NCBI RefSeq assembly: GCF_001194135.2
Contig: NC_068984.1
Span: 63,229,869 to 63,273,276, forward strand
Reading direction: 5' to 3'
Length of the DNA stretch: 43,408 bases
Source of the DNA: Octopus bimaculoides
Lineage: Eukaryota
Every line of letters begins with the position of its first letter. Positions within the stretch are counted from its first letter, which is position 1. The notes beneath the pieces are model-generated. The model was given only the letters and a program-made list of their open reading frames with translations, was not told the DNA's origin and made no database searches. Shown here piece by piece: positions 1 to 12,072 of this stretch. The translations under genes and the position numbers were made by a program.

Positions 1-240
1 GGTGCCTTAGGTATAATAAAAAAATATTCAGACAAATACATAACAAAAACATCAGGACTTACAAATATATATAACATACAGAAAATTGCACTACTGGGTA
101 CTGCACACATTCTATGCAAAACACTTTCAATACAGTAAACATAAGAGCACCACAGCAAACCACAGCACATACCCAAGGCGCACAGAGCTGCGCTCGGTAG
201 TGAAGTGAGAGCACGTTATAAAAATAAAACTACTGAACAA
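1..240 (+). mobile_element. R4/Dong-type (RLE endonuclease) non-LTR retrotransposon, 3' end (ORF C-terminus plus 3'UTR); continues left of the window
   Basis: Frame 1 reads GALGIIKKYSDKYITKTSGLTNIYNIQKIALLGTAHILCKTLSIQ*, the typical C-terminus of R4/Dong RLE elements. It is followed by a 3'UTR and (TAA)n. A nearly identical inverted copy lies at 5458-5698. Confidence 0.85.
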
Positions 241-311
241 TAATAATAATAATAATTATGATAATAATAATAATAATAAGAAGAAGAAGAAGAAGAAGAC
301 GAAGAAGAAGA
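240..311. repeat. (TAA)n-(GAA)n compound microsatellite
   Basis: Direct reading of the sequence. Confidence 0.95.
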
Positions 312-727
312 ATCGTAGATCTGTTGCATCCATTCCCTTTGACAATAACACCAGTCAAAGTAATTGCATAGCGTATATAGCAAAGCCAAATCTCAATTAC
401 AAAATTAGAAACACTACGTACTGGACAAGGTGCCAACAAAGAATATCTGCAGATCTCCCTGAATATTAGATAGCTGAAACTTCTAGGTCTTTTAGCGAAA
501 GATTAATAGATTACTATAACTATTACATAGATTTAGATTCGATATCTTATCTACTCATGCTACGGATACTAGTTTGAGGCAAATCACAGCGGCTGTCTGC
601 CAAAGAGAGTGTAAGCCTAACCTCAACCACACGTCTGAATGGGGTGACACCTGTACACCTTACAGAAAAGGTGCTCAGTTCCCTAAATCTACAAATACCT
701 TTGTTTTAATTATTTTAATTTTAATTC

Positions 728-987
728 TTACTTTTAATCTGCATGTTTGTTACAGTCACATGCCGAGACACACCTAGCATCCTAAGGCGAGTGAAGGATA
801 AGAGATGTTACAGTCTGTCTTAAAGATTGGGGAGAGGAAGTGGCAGGGCCATTAGCAAAATATCTTCCTGTAATACAAGACAAACATTGAAATGGATAGA
901 GTTTTTCTAAGGACGGTGCAGTAATTGTCAGCCCAATCTTTTTGATTTTTCTGAGACATGGTTCTACTGGGATCTTATCTAGATGTT
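728..987 (-). mobile_element. Older R4/Dong-type family, 3' end fragment
   Basis: The minus strand reads HLDKIPVEPCLRKIKKIGLTIT... (degenerate KIPGEPCLxEIQKIVLTxTAHILRK motif) plus a 3'UTR. It aligns by eye with 25907-26170, which carries the clearer RLE motif. Confidence 0.7.
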
Positions 988-1019
988 GTTGTTGTTATTA
1001 TTATTATAATCATCATCAC

Positions 1020-1080
<61 letters not shown>

Positions 1081-1095
1081 GTTATTATCATTATG
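984..1095. repeat. (GTT)n(TAT)n(CAT)n microsatellite
   Basis: Direct reading. Confidence 0.95.
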
Positions 1096-1311
1096 AAGGC
1101 GCTGAGCTGCCAGAATCGTTAGTACGCCGAGGGGAAATGTTCTGGGGTATTTCGTCTACTGCTACCTTCTGAGTTCAAATTCTGCCGAGGTTAACTTTGC
1201 CTCTCATACTTTCGGGGTCGATAAATTAAGTACCAGTAAAACACTGCGGTCGATGTAATCGACTCATCCTCTGCACCCCAAAATGGATGCCGTTGTGGCA
1301 AAATCTGAAAC

Positions 1312-1313
<2 letters not shown>
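1096..1313 (+). mobile_element. tRNA-derived SINE, family A
   Basis: Head AAGGCGCTGAGCTGCCAGAATCG, B-box GAGTTCAAATTC, central domain CTTTCGGGGTCGATAAATTAAGTACCAG, (TAT)n tail. Homologous copies at 1406, 5223, 18243 and 19270. Confidence 0.85.
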
Positions 1314-1378
<65 letters not shown>

Positions 1379-1405
1379 GCTACTACTACTACTACTACTA
1401 CTACT
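1313..1405. repeat. (TAT)n(TAC)n microsatellite (SINE tail)
   Basis: Direct reading. Confidence 0.95.
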
Positions 1406-1620
1406 AAGGCGGCGAGCTGGCAGAATCATTAGTACACTGGGCGAAATAATTAGTGGTATATCATCTGTCACTATCATCTGTCACTATGTTATGAGTTCAA
1501 ATTCCACCGAGGACGACTTTACCTTTCATTCATTCGGGGGTTGATAAATTAAATACCAAGGCAAAGAACTCGTCCCCTCCCCACAAATTTCAGGACTTGT
1601 GCCTCCAGTAGAAAGGATTA
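1406..1620 (+). mobile_element. tRNA-derived SINE, family A
   Basis: AAGGCGGCGAGCTGGCAGAATC head, GAGTTCAAATTCC B-box, TTCGGGGTTGATAAATTAAATACC domain, ends AGAAAGGATTATT. Confidence 0.85.
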
Positions 1621-3400
1621 TTACTGTTTTAATATACTTTTTATTCATTTTTATCTCTTTTACCTCCCCCCGTCGTCCATGTATCTGTTCTACTTCATTA
1701 TTTCCACCCCCTTTCTTCCATCTGGTCATCAGATTTCCATTGTTTTCTTTTTGTTGTTATGTTAACCATGTTTTCACTGTCTTTTCTACACTGTGTTTAT
1801 TATTAATTTTTATTTCATTTTTATTTAAACTTTTATTTATTTAGTTATGATAAAACTTTTGGTTTTAGTATTAGTGTCACTACCACTACTACCACACCTC
1901 CTCCTCCTCCTACTGCTGCTGCAGTAATTAATTCCTGATTTTTATGCATTGTATAATGCTAAAGTTTCCTCCACTGAGAAAAGGAACGTAGGGAGTATAT
2001 AAATCTTGACCCAAAACCAAATTTACTGACCTACTATGTTTCCCAGGTGATGACTATGACTCCCGAAATAACTGACCTATTTAAATGAAAAATGTAAATT
2101 TAAATCTTAAAGGCTATATATATATATACTGGTCAACAACCTTATATGAGATTAGTTCCATTGGAACTGTATCAGTGACCAGGTCGTAGTTTGTACAACA
2201 ATAATTTTGACACAAAATAATAGATGATTATTTGAAGTTTTTCATGGGTTAATATGAATCATACAACAGCTGTGCAGTGAAGTTAATATATTATGTTCGT
2301 AATTTTAAAATGCGCTTTCAATTCCACCCACAGTATGTTTATGTGATAACCATTTAGGTGTCTCACTGTACCATTCTTCAATACCTCTTAATCTTTAAAT
2401 AACTTATTAAAACCGGTGATAGGCAGTTGGCAGTTGGCTTTGGAGTAGTGAAGCCACTTACATGTTTCTGCAATAAAGGTTTTTAAGTTTCAAGTGAAAG
2501 ATGCAGCACAAATATGTTATACTGCCAATTACAAAGAAACACAAATATGAGATGAGAAGCGACAGTGGAACTTGTAATTTTTTTTAGCAATCAGTTTTAA
2601 CCTCTACCATGCCAGTGAGTATTAATTATAATAGCCAATTTATATTTGATGTTGAATTCCTTTTCCAATATTCTTTACTTAAAAATCTACAGCTGCATTT
2701 ACATTCGACTGTTCTACGCAAAAAAAATTTGTTATTGTTTATAACCATTACTAGAATATTTCCTGCAACATTGGTTGTGTTTAATACTAGAGTAAAGCTT
2801 GCAATTTCCATACAGATATCATATTTCTGTCAAAGTGTTGTGCAAGCATATTTTTACAATATTTCTATATTTGGAAAAAAAAAAAACAATTTCACTTTTG
2901 AAATAATTTTGCAATAAGTAGTTTTATTTTTGCTTGGTTCACTAAATTATCGTAGGTGTTAAATGTATCATTGCTGAAATACCTTCAAGCTTCTTGTCAA
3001 AACTTTATGAAAAGGAATCGCTTTACAACGGAAATTCTGTGTTAATGGTTTTTGTTTGGCATAATGTACTGCCATCTGTGGAATATGTTACTACGATGTC
3101 ACATCGCTAAAACTTGTAGTTGGCTTAAGACAGATCAGCAAGGCCTTGACTCACCTGCATATAAAATGTTGGTAGAGAAAGCTATTCATTTTGGAATTCT
3201 CATTGATATGTCTTCTTTTTGCTCATTATTGAAAACGTTAAAAGCAGAAGGAGATTTGAAAACGATACAATATAAGAAATAAAACATCGAAAACTCACAT
3301 CTTCAATTACTGAACAATTTACTGAAAATTTGTGTCAAATAATGAGTTTAACTTGCACCTGCCAAGCATCGATACATTGACTTGAAAGCTCCAATAATAA

Positions 3401-3432
3401 TCTCTCTCTCTCTCTCTCTCTCCCTCTCTCTC
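3401..3432. repeat. (TC)n microsatellite
   Basis: Direct reading. Confidence 0.9.
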
Positions 3433-3526
3433 ATTTGGTGGACAAAACTTATCCCGATACTTTCGCCCGTTTTATCAAATGTTACTATTAGCATAAATGA
3501 GGATGAAAGAATTCAAAGTTATAAGG

Positions 3527-3527
<1 letters not shown>

Positions 3528-3581
<54 letters not shown>

Positions 3582-3582
3582 C
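3528..3582. repeat. (TA)n microsatellite
   Basis: Direct reading. Confidence 0.95.
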
Positions 3583-3952
3583 ATACATAGATTAATATCT
3601 AGCAGATGTAAATACTTTAATACATTAGTACTTTGAAAGTTTGAAAGTTCGATAAGTGCCAACACATGAAACTTTTAGCTCTTGAGTCACTCTGTTGCTT
3701 CTACTAAATATCAGTAAAAATATACATAAACTCATATTTTGTGTTCTATTTTTCCTGTTTATATCACTAGAGATAGAGTGATTCCTTTTTTGTTAAAGCC
3801 GAAAAATCATCACAGAACTGTTATTCAGAGTTTCACGTTCCTGAAAATTCTGTGATGCTTTTGCGGTTTTAACAAAAAATAAATTACTCTACCTTTGGTA
3901 TTCGAATACCATTTTTTCCACCTTGTTCTGCGCTCAAGTGCTCACTTGTGTA

Positions 3953-3989
<37 letters not shown>

Positions 3990-4200
3990 TACTCTTTTAC
4001 TCTTTTACTTGTTTCAGTCATTTGACTGCGGCCATGCTGGAGCATCGCCTTTAGTCGAGAAAATCAACCCCAGGACTTATTCTTTGTAAGCCTAGTACTT
4101 ATTCTATCGGTCTCTTTTTGCCGAACCACTAAGTTACGGGAACGTAAACACACCAGCATCGGTTGTCAAACGATCGTAGTGGTGGTGGTGGTGGGGGGGT
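3990..4200 (-). mobile_element. SINE family B, 3' half
   Basis: The minus strand contains GTGGTTCGGCAAAAAGAGACCGATAGAATAAGTACTAG...CTCCAGCATGGCCGCAGTCAAATGACTGAAAC. Shares motifs with 16690-16940, 17218-17300 and 21120-21430. Confidence 0.75.
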
Positions 4201-4251
4201 GACATACACAGACACGCAAACACATACATACATACATATATATATATATAC

Positions 4252-4667
4252 ATATATATCTTTGTGTGTGTGTGTTTACTTGGTAAACTGCTAGAATGAT
4301 TCTAGATCTTGCAATTTAAATATATTAGCAACACTGAAACTATGATGGAATAATTCTATTTGAAGAACTTCTGTTTGGGATTCAATAAACAATCGCAATG
4401 TTATCAGGAATTTCAGTTTCAGCACTATTGACATGGGACTGATATGTTTACATTGTCTATTATTTGGTTATAATTTAAATAGCTGAGAATTTTAATAGAT
4501 TGCCATTACAACACAACGATCAGTGTTNNNNNNNNNNNNNNNNNNNNNNNNNNNNNNNNNNNNNNNNNNNNNNNNNNNNNNNNNNNNNNNNNNNNNNNNN
4601 NNNNNNNNNNNNNNNNNNNNNNNNNNNNNNNTATATATATATATATGTGAGTGTGTGTGTGTGTTTG

Positions 4668-4699
<32 letters not shown>

Positions 4700-4970
4700 T
4701 ATCTTTGTGTGTGTGTGTTTACTTGGTAAACTGCTAGAATGATTCTAGATCTTGCAATTTAAATATATTAGCAACACTGAAACTATGATGGAATAATTCT
4801 ATTTGAAGAACTTCTGTTTGGGATTCAATAAACAATCGCAATGTTATCAGGAATTTCAGTTTCAGCACTATTGACATGGGACTGATATGTTTACATTGTC
4901 TATTATTTGGTTATAATTTAAATAGCTGAGAATTTTAATAGATTGCCATTACAACACAACGATCAGTGTT
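4252..4970. other. Exact ~275-bp duplication on both sides of an N-gap (probable assembly overlap artefact)
   Basis: 4252-4527 is repeated base for base at about 4695-4970, separated by Ns and a TA/TG microsatellite. Confidence 0.8.
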
Positions 4971-5157
4971 TACCTAATTTCATTATTTGTTTAGAGATAA
5001 TTTATAAAGTGTAGATGAGATAATAATGAATTTATGTCATGCTTTGTTAATGCGCATAATCATATAAGATTTTATCTGTAACATCATTTTCACCGCCACC
5101 GCCAACACCGCCACCACCACCGCCGCCGCCACGACCACGACCACAACGACCACTACG

Positions 5158-5188
<31 letters not shown>

Positions 5189-5222
5189 TTGTTATTAATA
5201 CATATTTCTGTTGGTTTCATAT

Positions 5223-5364
5223 TATGAGTTCAAATACTGCTGAGGTCGATTTTGCATTTCATTATTTCCGGGTTTATGAAATAAGTACCAGTTGAACACT
5301 GGTGTCAATAAAATCGACTTGCACATTTCCCTAAATTTCAGGCCCTGTGCCCTAAGAAAGGATT
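5223..5364 (+). mobile_element. SINE family A, 5'-truncated
   Basis: GAGTTCAAATAC B-box, TTCCGGGTTTATGAAATAAGTACCAG domain, ends AGAAAGGATT followed by an (ATT)n tail. Confidence 0.75.
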
Positions 5365-5366
5365 AC

Positions 5367-5403
<37 letters not shown>

Positions 5404-5413
5404 NNNNNNNNNN

Positions 5414-5444
<31 letters not shown>

Positions 5445-5460
5445 CATTATTAATATTATT
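5365..5460. repeat. (ATT)n microsatellite (SINE tail and Dong target)
   Basis: Direct reading; contains a small gap. Confidence 0.95.
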
Positions 5461-6462
5461 GTTCAGTAGTTCTATTTTTATAACGTGCTTTCATTTCACT
5501 ACCGAGCGCAGCTCTGTGCGCCTTGGGTATGTGCTGTGGTTTGCTGTGGTGCTCTTATGTTTACTGTATTGAAAGTGTTTTGCGTAGAATGTGTGCAGTA
5601 CCCAGTAGTGCAATTTTCTGTATGTTATATATATTTGTAAGTCCTGGTGTTTTTGTTATGTATTTGTCTGAATATTTCTTTTATTATACCTAAGGCACCT
5701 ACTATGATAGGAATTGTTTCTGTTTTTAGATTCCACATTCGAGTTATCTCTATTTTCAGATCTTTGTATTTTGAAAGTTTTTCCATTTCTTTTAGAGAAA
5801 CGTTGTCATCTGCTGGTATTGATACATCAATTAGAAAGCATTATTTTCTTCATGATCTTNNNNNNNNNNNNNNNNNNNNNNNNNNNNNNNNNNNNNNNNN
5901 NNNNNNNNNNNNNNNNNNNNNNNNNNNNNNNNNNNNNNNNNNNNNNNNNNNNNNNNNNNNNNNNNNNNNNNNNNNNNNNNNNNNNNNNNNNNNNNNNNNN
6001 NNNNNNNNNNNNNNNNNNNNNNNNNNNNNNNNNNNNNNNNNNNNNNNNNNNNNNNNNNNNNNNNNNNNNNNNNNNNNNNNNNNNNNNNNNNNNNNNNNNN
6101 NNNNNNNNNNNNNNNNNNNNNNNNNNNNNNNNNNNNNNNNNNNNNNNNNNNNNNNNNNNNNNNNNNNNNNNNNNNNNNNNNNNNNNNNNATGATTTATTG
6201 TTTCTTGTCCATCTCCACATGTTCTACAGTTACTTGTTATATTTCTTTTCATTATGTGTTTTTGGTAATTTCTGGTGGGGAGGCTCTGGTCTTGTGCAGC
6301 AATTAAAAATCCTTCAGTCTCTGCTTTGAGTCCTGAGCTTCTCAGCCATTGCTGGGATTTTTCTCTGTTTATTTCTTTCGCATTTAGTTTAGCCCAGTAT
6401 TTACCATGTAGGGGCTTTTGTTGCCATCGTTTTATCATGGTCCGTTGCTGTTCTAGTTTTAG

Positions 6463-6470
<8 letters not shown>
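5458..6470 (-). mobile_element. 5'-truncated R4/Dong-type non-LTR retrotransposon inserted in (TAA)n
   Basis: The minus strand reads QKPLHGKYW...LKAETEGFLIAAQDQSLPTRNYQKHIM...CRTCGDGQETINH (CCHC knuckle). After the gap come FLIDVSIPADDNVSLKEMEKLSKYKDLKIEITRMWNLKTETIPIIVGALG (RLE nuclease) and the 3'UTR. (TAA)n flanks both ends. Confidence 0.92.
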
Positions 6471-6528
<58 letters not shown>

Positions 6529-6547
6529 CATTATTATTATTATTATT
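6468..6547. repeat. (ATT)n microsatellite
   Basis: Direct reading. Confidence 0.95.
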
Positions 6548-6994
6548 TTGTTTTTCTTCTATTTTGTTTCCATTTCTTGTCAAATGTCTTCCTAACACTC
6601 CCTGTATACTGGATAGCCTATTAAAATATACACACCTAATTGTTCATTTATAAAATCAAACAAAGTCATGTAAAAAATATATACATGATATATTATAATT
6701 TTCATAGCGATTATGCTCTTCTCAGTACAAATGATGCAAATGTTAAAACTTCATTTTGCACACCTTGCAAACATGGCAAGCCAGAGATCATTCTCAAATA
6801 ATTTTCCACACAAGAATCGCCTTTGTATTATAACTGCTTTGAGATGTCACATTTTCCCGATATCATTGAGCAATTCTTTGCATTTTCTGAGCTCGTTAAA
6901 GTCTTTTGCAGCAATATTATGATCGCAAGGGATACTCATGCCAATCAATAAATAGACCTTGTTATTATTATCATTAATAAAGAAATCCTCCTCC

Positions 6995-6995
6995 T

Positions 6996-7046
<51 letters not shown>

Positions 7047-7117
7047 CACTACAACTACTGCTGCTGCTGCTGCTACTGCTGCTACTGCTACTACTACTAC
7101 TACTACTACTACTACAA

Positions 7118-7203
<86 letters not shown>

Positions 7204-7204
7204 G
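6995..7204. repeat. Compound (TAC)n/(TGC)n microsatellite
   Basis: Direct reading; it produces the spurious poly-L/poly-V ORFs in the track. Confidence 0.95.
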
Positions 7205-7561
7205 ATAAATACCTGTGAAATACTGGATTTGATATCATCGATTATTCTTCACTTGCAGTTCTCAGGCCATGAGCTATCTTTAGATATTCCATTAAAAAGT
7301 AACGTTATATTACTTGGCTGTGAATTCTTTCCAAAATGTCTACACTTTTATCTATGTTAGATATCCCTACCATTGTGATGAATGCTAGGAATAATAAAAT
7401 ACGAGAAAAATATGCTATCATGGAAAGTGATATAAATTCATGAATTCACGTGACAGCCTGATGTGATCAAGTTTACCTTTCATCGTTCAAGGACCAACAG
7501 AATAAGTTTGTGATATAGGGAGGTTGATTCAGTCATCATTAATTCGAGAATGTGATCCACG

Positions 7562-7924
7562 TGGAGGCGCAATGGCCTAGTGGTTAGGGCAGCGGACTCA
7601 CGGTCATAGGATCGCGGTTTCGATTCCCAGACCGGGCGTTGTGAGTGTTTATTGAGCGAAAACACCTAAAGCTCCACGGGGCTCCGGCAGGGGATGGTGG
7701 CGAACTCTGATGTACTCTTCCACCACAACTTTCTCTCACTCTTACTTCTTGTTTCTGTTGTGCCTGTAATTCAAAGGGTCAGCCTCGTCGCACTGTGTCA
7801 CGCTGAATATCCCCGAGAACTACGTGGAGTGCTCAGCCACTTGCACGTTAATTTCACGAGCAGGCTGTTCTGTTCATCGGATCAACTGGAACCCTCGACG
7901 TCGTAAGCGACGGAGTGCCAACAA
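7562..7924 (+). mobile_element. Full-length tRNA-derived SINE (probably tRNA-Arg-derived, octopus OR-type)
   Basis: A-box TGGCCTAGTGG, B-box GGTTTCGATTCCC, tRNA-like head GGAGGCGCAATGG..., body ending GTCGTAAGCGACGGAGTGCCAACAA. Family name recalled, not searched. Confidence 0.85.
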
Positions 7925-10900
7925 GTTGTCAAGCATGGAGGACAAAACAGGTCATGTCTTAGTCTTATTCTGAACGTTTCAGCAATGTATAGTCTTCTTC
8001 ATAGTTAGTAGCACAGTAAAGAATGAATCACTACTAAATATTGTAAGACTGAGCATTTAGTCACATACAAAACAATTGAGAAATGTCATTCTTAATAAAA
8101 CTAAAATGATATTAGTTATTGGCTAATATAATTTTGTCCCATCTAACATTTATTTTTGGTTTGATTTTTCAAGATTCCTGCACTAAATACGTTGATACTA
8201 GATTATAATCAATGATATTTTCCATCAAAATGTGTTGACTTGTAAACTAGATTGGCAGAATTGCTTTCACTATTAGGCAAAATGCTTTATGCTACATGTT
8301 TGGCTGTTTCCTAGCAGAGTTTAAATCCTACTGCGGAGTATTTTGTCTGTCATCCTTCTGGTATTTATAAAACAAGAACGTTTAAGTATTGGTTTTGATT
8401 TAACTGCTTTTAACTTTTTTTTCAAATGTGTTGCCTTCCATCCGTGTTAGAAGCTGATATTGCTATTAAATATCTAAATATTATTGATGACTCAGTTAAT
8501 ATTTATAACTTACTGAAATATTAATAGTTAAGGGTGTCTATATTTCCTATGACTCCATCTGCATTATGCTTCGATTTGTTACTTCTATGACATTGATATG
8601 CATTTACACCAGTGACGTAGTTGGTAAGAACGTTACTACACTTGGTTCAGAAATAAAGTTTCTTTGATCAGGTCTCGTCAGAACCACGTAAATTATCCCG
8701 GATAATAAGAAATACAGTGGCTGAAGTGTTCATATATGAAATGTGGGATAAATGAAAATTTCTAATATGTACGTATATAAAAGTGGAAAATACATGGGTG
8801 CAAACATAATCATTGACCAAAAACGTTTGGTTTCCAGTATGTTTCCCTGCATAATTCACTGAGCAGCATGGACCCTGCATGATTCACTGAGAAGCATGCA
8901 GGGGATGCAACCGTACTTCTTAAAACTTTTGGTGGGTGCAAAATCAAAATTTGCACTTCTACTTACTTTTATCACATTTAGAAAATATTGTGTAAAAAGT
9001 GATCTGTAAGTTGGAATTAGGTTTCTTCTCAAAGAACAAAGAACAAAAGTAAATAACAAAAACAAGACCTTGCTTGTAAAAGATTTTGGGACTGGGTGGG
9101 CATCCATCATGCAAATTTCGTTCCCGAGCCAGTACTGAACAGAGCAGTGACATTGGCAACTGTTTTTCTACATTAGGATGGAGTTGACCAAAATCTGTGT
9201 GAAACTTGAAAGTTAGAAAATGTGTGAATAGCCACTAGACCCTACTGTACTTTTATAGTTGGTAGGTTTAATCTTTAGCTCTTGAATGATTTTAGCAGAG
9301 GCCACTGATATTACTCCATTTCCACCTATCTAGGTGGATACACAAAAAGTTTACTTGCACTTCAATTTCTTTGCTGACTAAGTAACAATTTGAAAATGAA
9401 AATGCTTTTTAGAGGAGGTCAGTAATCTGAAAATTCATAATCTTATTATTGCTGTTCTTAATATTTTGTTAGTCATAATTACTCACAATGAATAACAATT
9501 GTTTTTACGGTAATATAATTAAACGTTGCTTATAAATGTAAGTATATTTAACAGATTAAGAGATATTTCTGCAAAATATTTTGAGAAGAAAATTTTGTAA
9601 TCTGTTTATGAACCGAGAGTAAAATGCTATAAATTGACAGTGATACAACAAACAAGCAAATATTTGACATTTGTTTAAGCAAATATTTTCTGAAGATGAA
9701 GATGTAAAAAAGAACTACTAAGTGTGTGTATATATATATATACATACGCACACACATCAAAAGAACGTATTACTTTATTGGTTTTATTTTATTAATTCAA
9801 TGTTTATTTATATTATCATATTAAGACCTCAGATGTATATTTTTATCTAAATTTCTCATGGCTTGATAAAAACATTAACAGAGCACCATACTTTTCACCT
9901 ACCTAGAAGTTTCTTTTAGGAAATTTTAAGTGTCATATATAAAAGATATATATATATACCAAGTGTATACATAAGTGAATGAACAAAATAAAACAAGACA
10001 AGCTGAAGAAAGACAGTTGCAATTTCCTGTAAAGAAAGCTGTACTATGCCATCTTAAGTACAATCATCTTTACTACGTGTTTTTTCAAATAATCACTAAA
10101 TAAATTAATTTTGCTTTTACTGATTCTTACTAATTTGAAGTAATATATAGCCTTTATGTTTCGATGGTGAGATCATAACAAGATTGAAACGTAATCAGAG
10201 TTGTTTCCTGTAATTACCAAATTAATGAAAATAATATTAATAGTCATTAATCAATACTTTTCGTTTCTTTGTGCACCACAATAACTTGTAGCTAGTTTTT
10301 TTTAAAAATCTACATTAAATATGCTAACTCTAAATTAACTACGTAGCACTTAGTTTGATTTTGAAAATAGAAAATATAACATTACTCAAAACAGTATTGA
10401 TTAAAAATAAGTTCATTATTTTGTACTATTTTTGCTTGTTTTCTGTATAATTTATCAAAACTGAATAATGAGTCTACTAATTATTTGCATTTATTTAAAA
10501 AAAAGAATTAATAGACAATGATGTATGAATATCTATGATCCCTAGAAATAGCTTCATAGGTTATATAAAGACAATCAGCCTATTATTATGATTATTGTTC
10601 TGCTCAGCTGAAGTGTTCTATTAGTCTCCCAGCTTTCTCCTAATTGTAATTCATGAGATGTCACAATACGAAAATATTCCCCAAACCAACCTTTTATGAG
10701 AACCATTTGCAGTTTCATGCCTAAAATGGAATCGGAATCAATATCATTAACTATGGCTATAAGAACAAGATTGCGTTATCACTTGCTGAAAATGAAGATC
10801 CCCTGACTGGTAAAAATGAAGATCATCTCATTTCTGTATAGCCATTTATTATTGAGACAATAGAATATTTATAGATATTTTAAGAATTTTCTGAAGGAGA

Positions 10901-12072
10901 ATAATATATTGAATTGAATTAATAGATAATCACTATATCCTACGGTAAAAAACGTCAGTTTTTGAAATGTTATTCAAATATTACAATAACAGTTTCCTGA
11001 CAAATTATCTAAAAAGTGTAAATTATTCAAGCAATGATTTGAATAGAATCACTTAGAAAAAATATAGTAAAGTAAGGAAATATAATCTTTGTTACTTGTG
11101 CAGGCTTTGGACACTGATATAACATACATTGTGTATGTTTCATATGTTGTGTCGTTAATTTCTAAATCAATCTAATATTCTTTATTAACATTTCAATACA
11201 CATTAGGTTTTCCATATTTGTAAGCATTATATTTGTCTGCTCTACTTCTAATTTGTTGAGTCAATGAGGAGACATTCTATATGGTAACTCAAAATGTTTA
11301 CAAATATTAACTAAATCTACTTCAAATACACAACACTGTTCAAAAGTTAATGGACCAGTGGTTAATATCTTCTGATATGCTGTATGTCTGCACAATTTGA
11401 ACGCCTTTGTTAATACGTCTACTATATCAAGGATTACTTGTGGCTAGAAAACAATATATTATCATCATATTAACTATAGACTTGTATAGTCACATCATGT
11501 GCTGGAGTAGATAAAATTGGAGTGAATGAATGTATTCTAGGAATTCTCTCTCGAATGATGTCTAGGTATGGGAATCTTCCCGATTGTTTAATGCTTACTA
11601 TAAATTGATATAGAAAGTCTAATAAAAATAAATGGCATCAATCAATGGAATAGGATATTGAATACTTGAAATATATGCTCTCTCTCTCTCTATTGTGATT
11701 AGTAAATATCCACAGTATTCAATATTCATGTGGGCCAGACAAAGTGAATATGACACGAGGTACGACCACAGTATAGATTCAAAGAGTGTTTGTTTATGAG
11801 TGTTCGTGAAAAATTTGGCTTCAAGAGGAATTCCAAATCCACAGGTAAAATAATCACTAAAATCAACATCATTGCGAAACATATGTGAGCAGCTGTTGTT
11901 ACTTACTACTGATTATGATGATGGTGGTAATGATGATGAGGAGGAGTAGGAGGATAAAGGTATACGAAACGAAAAATATGATAGTGGTATATAGTGGATG
12001 TGTTTATGCTAAACATTACATAAATTTTCTGTAGAGCATTTCCTGATTACTCTAACAAATTATATATATATA

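Noticed and set aside
306-480. Third, very old Dong-like fragment (IPFDNN..., GANKEYLQ...)
   Set aside because: Motif resemblance is too weak to support by eye
574-690. Possible HDV-like ribozyme (CTGAATGGGG resembling J4/2-P2, with nearby hairpins)
   Set aside because: There is no room for P3, P1 3' strand, P1.1 and P4 between the candidate P2 strands
1700-1735. CTGATGA on the minus strand (also at ~18816 and ~16037 on plus)
   Set aside because: No correctly placed stem II-GAAA-stem III-NUH
2031-2090. Acceptor with a perfect branch site (TACTGAC...TTCCCAG|G) giving GDDYDSRNN* or VMTMTPEITDLFK*
   Set aside because: A single short terminal-exon candidate with no partner exon visible in the window
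4252-4970. Perfect ~275-bp direct repeat resembling an LTR pair or tandem duplication
   Set aside because: The copies are identical and sit on either side of an N-gap with a microsatellite, typical of an unmerged contig overlap
230-7360. Poly-H, poly-L, poly-I, poly-V, poly-N ORFs here (and poly-K at 26885-27148)
   Set aside because: They are translations of trinucleotide microsatellites
7562-7640. Possible tRNA gene
   Set aside because: The acceptor stem and anticodon arm are degenerate and the sequence continues into a SINE body; it is a SINE head
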